Shown piece after piece: positions 40,319 to 54,600 of a stretch of DNA of 64,000 bases. Both the position numbers and the translations under genes were made by a program. The notes beneath the pieces were generated by a model. The model worked only from the letters and a program-made list of their open reading frames with translations. It did not search any database and was not told the origin of the DNA. This DNA is from Chrysomallon squamiferum (taxonomy: Eukaryota > Animalia > Mollusca). Location of the stretch: contig CM022665.1 in NCBI GenBank assembly GCA_012295275.1, positions 29,946,001 to 30,010,000 of the forward strand, in the 5' to 3' direction. The stretch's first letter is position 1; every line of letters starts with the position of its first letter.

Positions 40319-43300
40319 AATACAAATTTATTATTATTATTATTTTTTTCTCTCCATTCTACTTAAATATTACTGGTTAATCAAAATAAATACTTCATTA
40401 ATAACTTAGATTTTTATACGAAAAAAATATTACAATCTAAATATATTTAGTTTACATTAATAATTATCATTTAATACAGAATTTTTTTATTTTAATTTAT
40501 TTATGTATTTATTTTTGTTCCTTTCAACTTAAACATGACTGGTTTAAGAAAACTTGATTTTATCAAAAAATACATACATACATTATATATATATATATAT
40601 ATATATATTCTACTTAAATATCATTGGTTTGAGAAAGAAATATTTTATTTAGAAAACAAATGGCTTCTTATAATATTAAGCCTACTATTTATATATAAAT
40701 AAAGCTAAATATTGGGTGAAGATATTTTTGTACAGATTAATGATTCTCATTTAATACAGTGAAATTAACTTTACATGCAGATATAAATAATGAGTTTAGA
40801 AGAATGTTGTGTAAATTGTGTAAATCTGTACTAAATGAGTTATGACACTGAACTGTGACCACCTTAGCTTGTTTGTTTTTACCTGAAGTCTATGTAATCT
40901 TCAGTGTTAATCAAACAAGGTGTTAGCATTTTAAAACATGAAGGGAGAGATGTTTCATTAAGATGTAAGGTTTTCAGGATAAATGATTAATGACATTTAG
41001 GTTTGCAGCCACTTTACTAAATCTAAATCTGGTACTTGGTGATTAATCACTGTCCTTGATTAAATTCTGAAAACCATAACTTTATATTATAAATGATGAA
41101 ATCTTAATAAGATATTTCTTGACAATGATACATATTGATATTAAAACCGTTGTAATGCTATGGTATTTCTTACTGCTAGAAAATATTAAATGTGTTGTAA
41201 ATATGTTGAAAGGTAGTCATGTATACTACATGTATGCACACACAAACAAATACCCACACACACATTTCATCATGTTTATTTATTATGATCTACATATATG
41301 TGTGTAGGTGTAGTTTTTTTAAATTTAATTCATGCAGACATAATTCTGTCATATTTAACATGTGTCACATATTTCTGTCATATTTAATATGTCACATAAT
41401 CAAAAAGTAGGCCAAATAACAGGTGAACTCTGCATTAAATAGATCACTTCTCTAACAATATCCATCAAATCTGGTAAGGTTTTTCATGCTACACATTAAA
41501 AGAAACTGAAGTTATTAACCCACATTGCATACATGCCAATCAAATTATTTATCACATGAAAGTAACTGTCTAATAATCGACTTCACTGTTAAGTGACAAA
41601 CAGGATTTTTTGTCCCTGATGACACAAAATAAGATAGATGAAGACACATTGAGGCATCCAAGCAAAATAATGAATAATAGGTAAATCTGCAGGAGACATT
41701 ATTACTTTGTGTATTGTCTGTTTTTTAATAGGATTAGTAGATATACAAGTGCATAAATCTCTGTATTATGTTTCCTTGTATGTCATCATAGTGTGTACAA
41801 GACATCACAGTTTCTGCTTTGTTAGTTTAGGTTATTTTCCATAAACAAATTATTTTAATCCTGCGTATATAACAATAAAAATTGGAATTAAGTTAAAAGG
41901 CACCTTTAAAAAACCATCTTTTAAAAAGAAATGTATATATAGGTATGTGTAAAAAACTGTTAAATTACTTTCTTTAATTTGAATGCTGATTAATTATACT
42001 AATCTGGGATATTGTTTTTTTATTATTATTATTAATTATGCATTTTCTAATACATGTAAGTACATAATAAGATATTTAGGAATTATTTTCTTGTGTGGTT
42101 CTTGTTCAAATATTCATTTAAATGGAAAAAATTGTTTATATTCAGTCCATTTTTTTCCTTGCATTTATCTTTCATGAATTCCTTAGGAGGATTTTGTGCA
42201 TTTTTGAACTTTAAAAATGGTTAAATCAGTTGTTCATGTAAACTGAAATACTCATTGCTTTTTCAGTTTTACAAAAATCACTTTATTCCAAAGAAGTATA
42301 ATGATGTTAGAATTTTTTTTTTTCACAGAACTTTTGATATCGAATTAAATGTATATGTGCAAAAACACAGAAAATCTAGTAACTATAAAACTAAATGATA
42401 GTACAGTATTTTGGTTAATTTATATTTGTTGTTTTCAGAACACCAAAATTATTTTGGTACAGATGAGAATCTGGGGCCAGTTGCAATAAGTATACGCAGG
42501 GAAAAACTTGATTGTGAGGAAAGAGCAAATTATCTTGGCAAACCAGACTATGGGAATTATCAGTACAGGATAATTTGTAGAACTAGTGAGGTATGTCATT
42601 TTATCATGTTTCAGATTCAGTAAAAATGTGGTATTTTGTTAGCTGAAATTAACTGACTTATTTGAATCGGCCTTATAGATTTGTTACATTTCTACCTTCC
42701 ACTGAAATGGAAAATTATTATTATTATTATTATTGGGGTTTTTTTTTTTTGGGGGGGGGGTGTTTTGTTTTTCTATTGAATTATTATTATTAACAAGCAT
42801 ATTTTAATAAATCAAACACCAGCATATCAGTCTGTAGATAAAATGTCAGTTTATATGTAAAGGTTAAATACTGTCTAAAATATATATGTGTATATAGTAT
42901 TTCTTAAATAAAAGGGTTACTTTTCCTGCAAATTTTTTATTATTATTCATAACTTTAATTTCTTACATTTCAATATGTAAATAAAAGTTTACAAAGATAG
43001 ATAAATAAATAAAAAGAAAAATGTAGATTAACATACATTTCAGATAAAACTCAGAACTGTCAGTTTGAATTTTATATTAGCTAAAGCATTTTCAGGTTCA
43101 GCCGTTTATTGTGACATTTCAGAAATAATATGACTTTGTAATGGCTCACTTTCTTTTCAATTATTAAATTTTTTAGACAAAATATTCTGATTAATATTGT
43201 TTTATTTGATTATTTTTAAACAATACAAAAATATATATATATATATTTGTGTAAAATTTGAAAAACATATCAGAATAGAGACAAATAATATAATTTCTTA

Positions 43301-46300
43301 TGTACTTTAGTAATATTTCAAATTAATGTTTGATTCTGATTCTTTTTTATTAATATTGTTTTTATAGTTATTATTATTATTATTATTTTTTTTTTTGTTG
43401 TTGTTGTCATTTTTATTATTTTCATCACAATTACTTTATTTTAGTTTATCTTATCTTAATATCAATGTATGTTTCAGTTGACAGCAACTCGTGGTGCAGT
43501 GCTAGAAGATGCAATTCCCACATCTAGTCGATTAAGCAGTTCTAGGGGTGTTCCTAATAAAGAGGTGTTGGAGTTTGCACTGCCTGAAGTTCAGGTATCT
43601 TGTCTAAGGCTTGCCACACCCGATCCCAAGACATCTGAACAGCTGCTCAAGCTAGATGAACAGGGTGTAAGTGCATATTAAATCTTGAATGTGATAATTT
43701 AGTGTGTAAATACTATGTCTGTGAAAACCATTAACCTATATAAAAAAAAAAATTATAAAAATATATAGACGAGTTTGTGTATATCTTTAAAAAAAAAAAA
43801 AAAAATGTATTCCTGTTATTTAAAAATTGTTTAAATATAATTTTAAAATGCTAAAACATGCAGGTTGTATTTTAATTTACATTATCAGTTAAAGTATTCA
43901 GTTAATTTTAATTTTTTTTTTTTTTTTTTTTTAAATGTTAACTGCAAAATGTTACATTAATCATTATCATTTTGGTTAATTTTTTTCTAAATATATGTAG
44001 AGTATTTATAGCTTAAACACTACCTCCAATGTGATAATGTGTGTTTTCTGTTGCATATTTTTTACATACATGTATACAATTTCTATAGAGAAATAAAAAA
44101 GACTTGCTATGTGATAATGGTTATTTTGCCCTGTTATTATCTCATATGCCTGCTGTGGTCAGAAATAAGTATATCTGTCTGAAACCATATTCACTGTAAA
44201 GTATATTTAGAAGCATCAATACATAATTTTTAAGTGATTGACTTTGATGGTCTTTTCTCCAAATCCCATGAATGTAATAAATGGGTAGAAAGATCACTTG
44301 TGTATATTTGTTTTTAAGAGAAAACATTCCAAGGCTTGATAAATGAAAGGATCCGTTCTCCTCTGTGCACCTCTAGGTGTATATCATGTTCCAATCATTG
44401 TCCCAAAACTGGTTTATTAATCTGATGGTATGTGATTTCGTACACATCAAAATGGGCATATAAAACATCATTCGATGCATCCAGATTACAGGACCCGTGT
44501 AATATCAGCAGCAAAAAAGCAGCCATGTGTACAAGATCTGCTAAATGAAATAATAAAATTTGGTTCAGATTAAATGAAATTCATCCATTTAGTTTTTAGC
44601 TCTTGCATATGTTTTGGTTTTCTTTTTCTTTTTTCTTCTTTTTCCTTTTTATTTATTATTATTTTTTTTTTTTCATATTTGTTTTTAATTATTTTTTTTT
44701 TTCAAAATGATATACAAAAAATCAGATAAATATTTTCACTAGATTCTGATCAAAAATGTTTGGCACATCAAAGCAAAAATGTGTATATGTTGCTTCAGGC
44801 AGTTGTATTTTTATGTTCATGACAATCATTAAAAAAAGAAAATGTTCTATATATTTTGTAGTTCTTTTCATTTTCACCATATCTTCATAAAGCCATAAGA
44901 ATATTTAAAGAATGTATTTTTTGTAATATTACACCACTGTGAAATTTATCATGTTGGGTAAAGATTTTAACATCAAGTACTACATGAATAATAAAGAAAA
45001 TTACTTGTGAATGTCTGAGAGATTTTTTTCAGATAAACTGTTCATACCAAAACTAGATCCTTTGTCTTTGATGGACATGCTTGATTGCTTGTTTACTTCT
45101 AATACCAGCTTGGCCACCTTATGTAAAGTGTACTTTAATGTGCATATGATAATAATACACCATATTTTAAGATCATATTTTTGTTGTTTACTAATATTTA
45201 CTACTAATAAAGTGTGACAGTAAAATAGCAAGCATTTGTAGGTGCACATCGTAAATTTACTGTACGTTCAGTCATAACATTTTTTTGTTTTTACATCTCT
45301 GTACAAAACGATACAGATTAAAAGTGAAAATGCAGGATTCAGTATATCCTTGTTATCTTATTGTCTTGTTATCATACTTTATTGTTGGCCCAGACTGTTT
45401 TAGAAAATAAAACAGTAACTTGGTAGTATACATAATGTATTTATGTGTATTTCAGCACCATACCAATAAATACATTCAAAAGGAATTAAAAAAAAAAAAA
45501 AATTAAAATGACCGATTCAAAACATTTCATTTTAACTACAAATTTGAACGGATTTTTTGTAGGTATTATTTTTTATTTATTAATCTTTTTTTTTTTGTTA
45601 TTCTTTGTTCTGCAGAATATTATTTTAAATAAATTACTATGAAATTTTCAAAACTGAAAAATGTATTCATCCTCAGTTTTTCTTAATTTTAGATAAGTTC
45701 CACATACAAGGTTGGAATTATGTACTGCAAAGATGGCCAGTCATCTGAAGAGGAAATGTACAACAATGGTATGTACTAACATATGTATAACTATACAGAC
45801 TAAACAATACTTTAGTGGGTTGTTCTGCAATTTATTGTATCATATATGTTAGAAAGAAAAAAAGTAATACATTTAAAAATTTTTAAGATTACTAACATTT
45901 TGATATGTTACAAATATATATAAAATTATATGTCAATACTATAACTGTTTTATCACATACACTTTCAGAATCAGGATCACATTCTTTTGATGAGTTTCTT
46001 GATCTGATTGGCAACCGTGTAAAGCTGAAAGGGTTTGACAAATACAGAGGAGGTCTTGACTGCAAAAGTAATTTTTTTTTATTCCTGTTACAGACAAAAG
46101 TATTTTCTTTTATTATCAGACAGCTTTTTTTAACATAATTTTTATTTTTATTTTATTTTTATTTTTTTAATTTAATTTTATTAATTTTGTGTATTATCTT
46201 GGTTATAGTCAATAAGTTTACTTTTTTTTATAATGTTGGAGTGATTTCCTTATTTCTCTTAACAATAATTTGATTAGCTCAGTTAAGACAGTGTTGTGCC

Positions 46301-47624
46301 ATAACTTACACCACTTCATAAAAAGAATTATTTAAACAATTAAAATATTTTTCAGTGTGGTACAAATTATATATGCATAAAAGTAAATATTAAAAAACCA
46401 TAAAAAAAAAAACATTTATCATAGATACATTATTTATTTATTTATATATTTTTTTTTTAGCTAACTCAACAGGAACCCATTCATATTACACCACATTCAA
46501 CAGCTGTGAAATTATGTTCCACGTATCAACAATGTTGCCATATACACCCAGTAACAGACAACAGGTATAACCTATATCATTTTGTTTTTGTGGCATTGTT
46601 ATATTTCTTCTATTCAAAAAATTGTAATAACAGATTTCAAAAATATGCAGTTAAGTTATTAACACTAATTCTGAAATATGTTTACATTCAAAGAAATTAA
46701 ATATCTGTGATAAAATTTAAAGTTTGGACCATAAAGTCATATAACAAGGCAATGATTTTTTTTTTTAAACTTCTTTTTTTCAGTTATTGCGTAAGCGACA
46801 TATTGGAAACGACATTGTTACCATTGTGTTTCAAGAACCTGGGACTATGCCATTTACTCCAAAAACTGTTCGATCTCAGTTTCAACATGTCTTCATAATA
46901 GTCAAGGTTTCCAACCCTAATACTGAGAATGTCAGATACAGGTGAGGAAGTGATTTAACATTAATTTAACCATCATCTCACATAATGTTTTGCAACCATT
47001 TGATATATAAAACTAATTTATATTTGGTTAAAAGTAATAATTTGTTTCAGAAATATAGTTCCAGCAGATTAAAATTGAAATGCCAGATTCATTACATCCT
47101 TGTTACCTTACTTTAATATCATACTTCATTGCTGGCAAAGATAGATTTTGAAAACAAATAAAACAATGACTTGGAAGTATATAATGACATATTTAGACAT
47201 CTTTCAGCATCACAGTACCAGTGACACAATTTGCAAAGGCTGAAAAAATAATTTAAGAACTTTGTTAATTTGTGGTCTTTGATTTTTTTTTTTTTTAAGC
47301 ATTTCTGTAACTCGGTCTAAGGATGTTCCTCCTTTTGGCCCACCAATACCAGAAAATTCTTCATTCACAAAGTCAGCTGAATTTGTGGATTTTCTTCTTG
47401 CTAAAGGTATGTTGTTTAATAGAAGGGGAAATAACTCAGATTTTTTTTCATTTAATGACATATATTGGATTCCTAAGGATTAAGTTACCTTTTTGTGAGT
47501 GCTTAGGTAATTATATCAGTTTTATTTTATAACTTATTGTTCGCTTATTTTTTAACTGAAATCATTACTTTAAATTTCTGCTTTTTTATATTTTTACATC
47601 TGCTTTTACTATTAGTATTATTGC

Positions 47625-47674
<50 letters not shown>

Positions 47675-50600
47675 CCATCATTGTCATTACTATTACTATT
47701 ATTTTTATTATTATCATCATCTTCACAGGCACAGACTTGCATGATTTATTTACATTTATTTTTTTATTTTAGTAATAAATGCAGAGAATGCTGCCCACAA
47801 ATCAGACAAATTCCGTACAATGGCAACAAGAACAAGACAAGAATACCTTAAAGACCTGGCTACAAACTATGTAACCACAACCTCACTGGACTCTGGCTCA
47901 AAACTCAGTAAGAAATTAACATAGTTAACTTAGGATCAAAATTTGAATAAAAACAGATTGTAAATAACATTGAGGTTATTACAATTTGAATTAAATTACA
48001 AAACAAATTGCAAATTCTAACCATTTGTTAGTTAATATCTGTGAAATTATTATGAAAGAAACTTTGTACTTTTTGGATACTTATGTATCTTTTTAAATAA
48101 GATGAATATCATTTGTGTTTATATTGTAGATATTATTATTATTATTATTATTATAAAGTAATATTTTTAGGATGTTTTCTTTCTTTAAAGTGGAAATAAA
48201 TTTATTTTTTTAACTTAGGTAAATTTGCTCTTGGAAGTGGTCGCAAAAAGGAGCGAAGCAAACAAAAAGTTATCCCAGACATGTTTGCAAAAGGAGCCAT
48301 TGTCTGGAATATACAGGTATATTATAACATTAATTCATTATAATACTTATTTCAAATTATTAAAATGTGTCCAGGTACTATGTATATTACAATACTAATT
48401 CATTATACTCATTTCAAATTATTAAAGTCATTAAAATAGAAATGTGGCCTTGTACTGTGTATATTATAGCATTAATTCATTATAAAACTTATTTCAAAGT
48501 ATTAAAATCTTGAAATTGAAATGTTGACAGGTACTCTGTATATTATAACACTAATTCATCATGATACTTATTTCAAATTATTAAAACCATTAAAGATAAA
48601 ATGGGACAGGTACTTTGTTATACTACAGTATAATTATCTAAAGCTAGTTTTTATCCATTTATCTCCCTTGGATGAATTTTATCCTTTCACAATTGAGAAT
48701 TGAGAAAATTAGCTTAGTTTTTACATTATTTATTTTTGGTTGTAAAAACCAAGAACAACAACAAAAAACAAAAAAACAAGCAAAACATTTTTATTTTTCA
48801 CCATCATTATTCTGTTAGTCTCAGTTTGTTATCTCTAATAAATATATGAATTTTTATTATTCTGTTGTAACTGTTTTGAATTAATTTCAGATTGAAGATT
48901 TCGGCAATGCTTCTCAGGTTGACTGTTTACTAGCAATAGGTGCTGATACTCTAGTTGTTATAGATGATGTCAGTAAAGATGTGATATTCATGGTACCATC
49001 AGGACTGGTGATTGGCTGGACAATACAGACAACCAGGTATTAAATATATCTTTTTTAATAGTAATAATAATAATTCATTATTAAGTTCATTTTGTTGTTG
49101 ATTTTTCTTCTTCTTTTTTTTTCCTTATAAAATGTTTCTTTTTTTCTCAGAATTTAATATTTGTTTTTATTTATATGTTTTCTTTCTTTCTTTTTGAAGC
49201 TTATTTTTAAAAATAAATATACTCTCTCTTTCTCTTCAGCTTACGTCTGTTTTTCAACCAAGGAGAGTGTATTCTGTTAAAACCAAGCAGTGGTGAACAT
49301 GAAGAGTTGCAAGAGATTGTTCAAAGACTCACTGCTGTTACTCAAGGATGTGAGGTAATTATTTCAAAAATGTTTTTAATTCAAGAAATGAGTTAATACT
49401 GGTCAAGTATCCTTTATCTGAAAAGTTCCAAAATCCAAACCTTTATAAAACAGCTCTATCTAGAGATTGTGATATACTGTGATTTTTCCATTAATTGTAG
49501 GATTCACAAACCTTATTACATGCACAAAGGAATCAAAAATATTACATAAAGTACCTGAAGACTATCTGTTCAAGCTATATACAAATTAACAAATGAGTTT
49601 TGTATTGAGACTTAGATCATATTTTAAGGCTATCTCATTATGCTTTAAAATCTGAAACATTTCCAGTCCCAAGCATTTCAGATGAAGGATCCTCAGCCTG
49701 TACTAGCTATCTATAGATTACTAAAAGAAAAAGAAAAAAATCTTTAATATACATACCTAAATTTTACAACATATTACAACATTGTTGGTAGTATTTTAAT
49801 AGAAATTTCATGTTAGTCTGATTCACTTAATAGTTGTCTATCATGCATTTCTTCAAAATAAAATTTTATAAAATATTGGTGTTTATTCTATAAATAATAT
49901 GATTTATTTTCTAGACTGTAGAGAGGAATTTGAAAAGAAATGGTTTGGGACAGCTGGGTTTTCATATCCAGTCAGAAGGAATAGTGACTGATGTTGAAAA
50001 CTGTGGTTTTGCCTGGGAGGCTGGGTTAAGAAAAGGCAGCAGACTTGTGGAGATCTGCAAGGTTACCACAGCAACTCTAAGTCATGAACAGATAGTAGAT
50101 CTTCTTCGAACATCTTCAACTGTACGAGTTGTCCTTGTAGATCCATTCAAAGATGGAACACCAAGGTAGATTATTTTTCTTCATTTTGTAATACAAGAAA
50201 AACAAATTTCATTGTGGTTTTCTTCTAAATAAGCTTTGAATTATCCATACTGCTTATTTCTCAAAATAATTTTATGTTCTGAAACATTGTATTTGTTTTT
50301 CTTTTGTTTTATTTTTTAAATTTCTATTTAATTAATTTTTGTTCTTATTACTTTTTTGTTCCGTTTTTTTATTATGTTTTTCTTTTTCTTTAACAAGTTG
50401 AACACTAGTTAATTAATGCTTTTTCTTAAATTATGTTTTATATTAATGATACATGAATTAATTGAACAGGCTAGTATAAAATATTTTATTAATGTGTTGT
50501 TAATTTAGTGTGGACAGTAAACAGTAAAACAACATTTTTTTTGTAAGATTTTTTTAGTTTGTGTGTGTATATGTCTATAAATATATACATACAGAAGTGA

Positions 50601-51562
50601 ATAGAAAATATGAAAGAAAAAAATAAGTATTAAATAACCAATTTAATATGCAGGTTTTATCATGGCTTGAGACTAACTTTAATTTCCAAAAATTGTAATA
50701 ACTACAAAACATAGTTTTGACATAAATAATGATTTTGGATTATTTCTGAAATAAGTTTTATTATTATTATTTTTTTGTTCTCTTTATTATGTATTTAACT
50801 TCAGCATGATTGTCTACAGATGGTTAGAGCCATGAAACCTGCTTTTTCTCTTCTTTTTATTTAATTTTTTTTTTTTTAACAGCATGTTAATTATAGCAGC
50901 TATGTTTGTAGGTTTGCTGTCCACACCAAATAGGTGTTGCAGGTTCTTGCATGTTTTTATGATTTTGAGAGCTTTTCATTTTCAGCATTAGATTGAAAAA
51001 AGAATTTAGAAATTTATTTTAAATCAAATTTAGTTAGATGGATTTGTTAGCAAGATAAGATTAGCTTATTTATGTTATATTTTTATAATTTACTTTTTGT
51101 TTTTATTTTGTTTTCTTTCTTTTTATTATTAAACTTAATTTGCTTCTTTTTCTCTCTTTATTAAAATAATTTTTATTTATAGAATTATATTAAACAGCAT
51201 TATAAGTGAAATATAAGTTGTACTATAATTCTATTTTAGATTTCTTATCATTTCTGTAGATTACTAATGTTTTTAGGAATTAACATTTTTAAAAAAGAAA
51301 AAAAAAAGAAATTGATAAATTAAATGATAAAATATAACATACAGATGGAGAAAGCATTTACACCAAGCCTTTTTGTTACTGTTTATTTCTGACCATATAT
51401 AAATGTGTGTATATTTATATGTATACGTACATACGTACATACATACATACATATATATACATAACCTGATAAACTAAAAATATATACTAAAAAGGCTGTA
51501 TTTTTATTTTTTGCATTATTAGCAATATATTTTATATGATACTAGAACTTACTTTTAATCTG

Positions 51563-51636
<74 letters not shown>

Positions 51637-54600
51637 TAATAAAAATAAAATAAAAAAGATTAAAAAAACAAAGAAAGAAGGAAAAAACATGAATGATAAA
51701 ATAATAATAACAAATAAGCAAACAGACTGAGCTAAGGGTATGTAAAACAGTAGTTATTAGCATTTTGATTTAAAAAAAAAAAAAAAAAAATTTGTTGGTA
51801 CTGATGTTAGAAACTGATTGATATTTTAACAGGGGCTTCCTATCACTCAACTCCAACTTCCATTACTCATCAATGGGGGCTCTTAACTCTGCGATATATC
51901 CTGAGCGTTCCCCTGCTCACAGAGATGCTCTGTTCAACAAATATGGATGCTCACACACACTACCATTACAGAAACGGTCTAGGTACACCTCACACCTCAT
52001 CTTCATGCTTGCATCTTCATTTGCTCACATGCTTGACTTGCTGACATTGTCTTTTTTTGGCTGTCAATCACTGAATGCCGTGTTACAGTTTGACATGGAT
52101 TGTTCTTTTTTTTCATTTACCCTGCTACGTTGTTGTGAGGTTTAGTTCGGCTGTATTTAATAGCTTTTGTATGATCTGCATTCATAAGAATGTAACTGAA
52201 AACGGTTGCATGGTTCAAGATAAGATAAAAAGTTATGTAATGTTAGATTAATGGTTACTGAAAATAAATAAGTATCAACATGCAAATATTTGGTTGTAGT
52301 TTAAGATAAAATGAATGAATCAGGGGCTACTGAAAATGTTTTCAAATAACTCTTAAAAGTTTTACTTCAGAATATGATTCTCAGTAAATACGTTTATTGA
52401 ACTTTACTTGTATATATTTAAAAAAAAATGAAATAAAATATCTTTATGTTAAGCATAACTCAGAAATAAAAATATCTAAAATTTAAAAAAAAATCATTTC
52501 TGATTCAGTGTTTGGAGTTCATTTATATTTAGTCTGTGATTTATCTTGATTCAGGGATTCCTCCAATCTTACCATTTTGTTAAAGTGAAGTCATGATGCT
52601 TATATGTGCTTATTCATAAACCATCAATTCCAACAGACAGTTCATGCATGTGTACTGTTTGACCACATATATACACATGTATTTATAGTATGAAACATAT
52701 TTGTTAATCTGTCTAGTCAGTTATGTTATCATTTTCATTTTCTCAAGAATCTTTTTTGCCCTTTGTAAAAGTAAAGTTAAAATGTCACTTCGGAAACAGA
52801 TTGAAAATAGAAATGAAATCTAACACAAGTTTACTATGAAGATACTTTGTTATATTTATTTGTGCTTGTAATTTTGATAGAAAAATTAAATGTGTGTGGA
52901 GGGCATCCCACATAATAATTCATCATTTGCACAAAAAATACTTGGTTTTTATGATAATAATAATTGCGTTTATTATGAAGTTTAAAAAATATATATATAT
53001 ATGTAATTGGCAAACAAAGTGAAGAATATAAAATGTGCAGTTCTGGTTTTCTCTGAAAAACAAAATAAAAAACAATCAAAACTTGAAACCAATAAAAACA
53101 AATAAAGAACTAGTCTTGAAAAATAAAACAAAAGTGTATTTTTGGTCTTGTTACTTTTAAAATATTTATTAGAGGCTGTAATACAGAAAATGTTAGAGTA
53201 TCTGAAAAATTAACACATCTAAATTGTAAATTCTACTGTAAAAATGATTTTGATCTTCTCCAAAATGTACTTTTATATAACAATTTAAATACTAAAATTA
53301 AAGGTTTGAGATCTGTTTATTTATTCCTTGTACCATATGCAGACTATTTTGGAATGTTTCATTGTTTTGTTTATCGTCACCATCTTTGCATGGTCATCAT
53401 ATTTATCTAAATTATTCTTATGTTACAATTATTATGGTACAGTATTTTATGCATGGTTTGACTATAGTAGATTAGTGTATATTTTATATAACTGCAATAA
53501 GTATAACTCAGAATGTATTAAAATCTGAAAAAGTGACTATGCAACAAAATAAAAATTAACTGTTTGAGAGTTATTAAATTACTGTCACCCCATTTCCAAT
53601 TTTGTATTGTTATGAATTACAGACTTTTACGGAATGAATGGTTATATTCTTATTATTTAAAATTGATGATGTATTACTTTGTTTTATATTTAATATATTA
53701 TTATGTTAAAGTGTTTTAGCAAAATTACTTTATATGAAAATTAAATCCCCAAAAACAACTGGGGGAAAAACCTGTCAGCCCTTTCAAAAACAAAACACAA
53801 AAAAAAAGATGAAGAACACTAACAAATAATAATCTAACATTGTTTTGATATGAGATAACAAGTAATTATTGCTTTGCAAGTAAACATTTAGACAAACTGC
53901 AAAACTTTCTCTCTTTTATTATTTTTTATTTTTTATTTTTTGCTCAGCTTTTGCATTCTTTATTTTTTGTTTATTCTTTTTGTTATTCTCTCTCTTCTTT
54001 GTCTTAATGGGGGCACAATGATGGGTTAAAATGAAACTTAGGTAAGTAAAATATATTAGTATTTTTATAAAAATGCATACTCTTGCTAAATAAACATTGA
54101 GGAATTAATTCACTTTTTGTTTAATTATAAATCAGGTTGTTTCATTATCGTGTATGAAATGTCTCTCTTTTGTTTCAGATTCTTAATTTAGTGATTTTAA
54201 TTTTTATTTCTTAAATAAATCAGTGGATACATGATTAAAATGTTCACTAATAACAACTGACATGTTTTTATTTGATCTGATGTTGATTTATTCAGAGTTT
54301 TAGACAATTAATTGTACTTTACAAATATGTAGAAAGATCATAAGTTTTGTTAAAATACAAATTTGAATTCTAGACTTGTATTGGTGTATAAAATTATAAA
54401 TACAATGTTTACATAGAAAGTCAGACTTTTAATTCTTTTATTTTCTTGAATAATACAAAACATCAGTATTTATTTTTAATTTTGTTTTATCAAAAGATTT
54501 TTATTGTAATCTCTGGCTTATATTTTGTAAGAAATCAGTAGGAATGTGTTCATAAATGAACTTAATGAAAGGAAAACCTTAAATGCTTTTTAAGAATATT

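Noticed and set aside
48317-48625. Repeat arrays as CRISPR-like
   Set aside because: Eukaryotic intron, degenerate units, no unique spacers of constant length and no cas genes.
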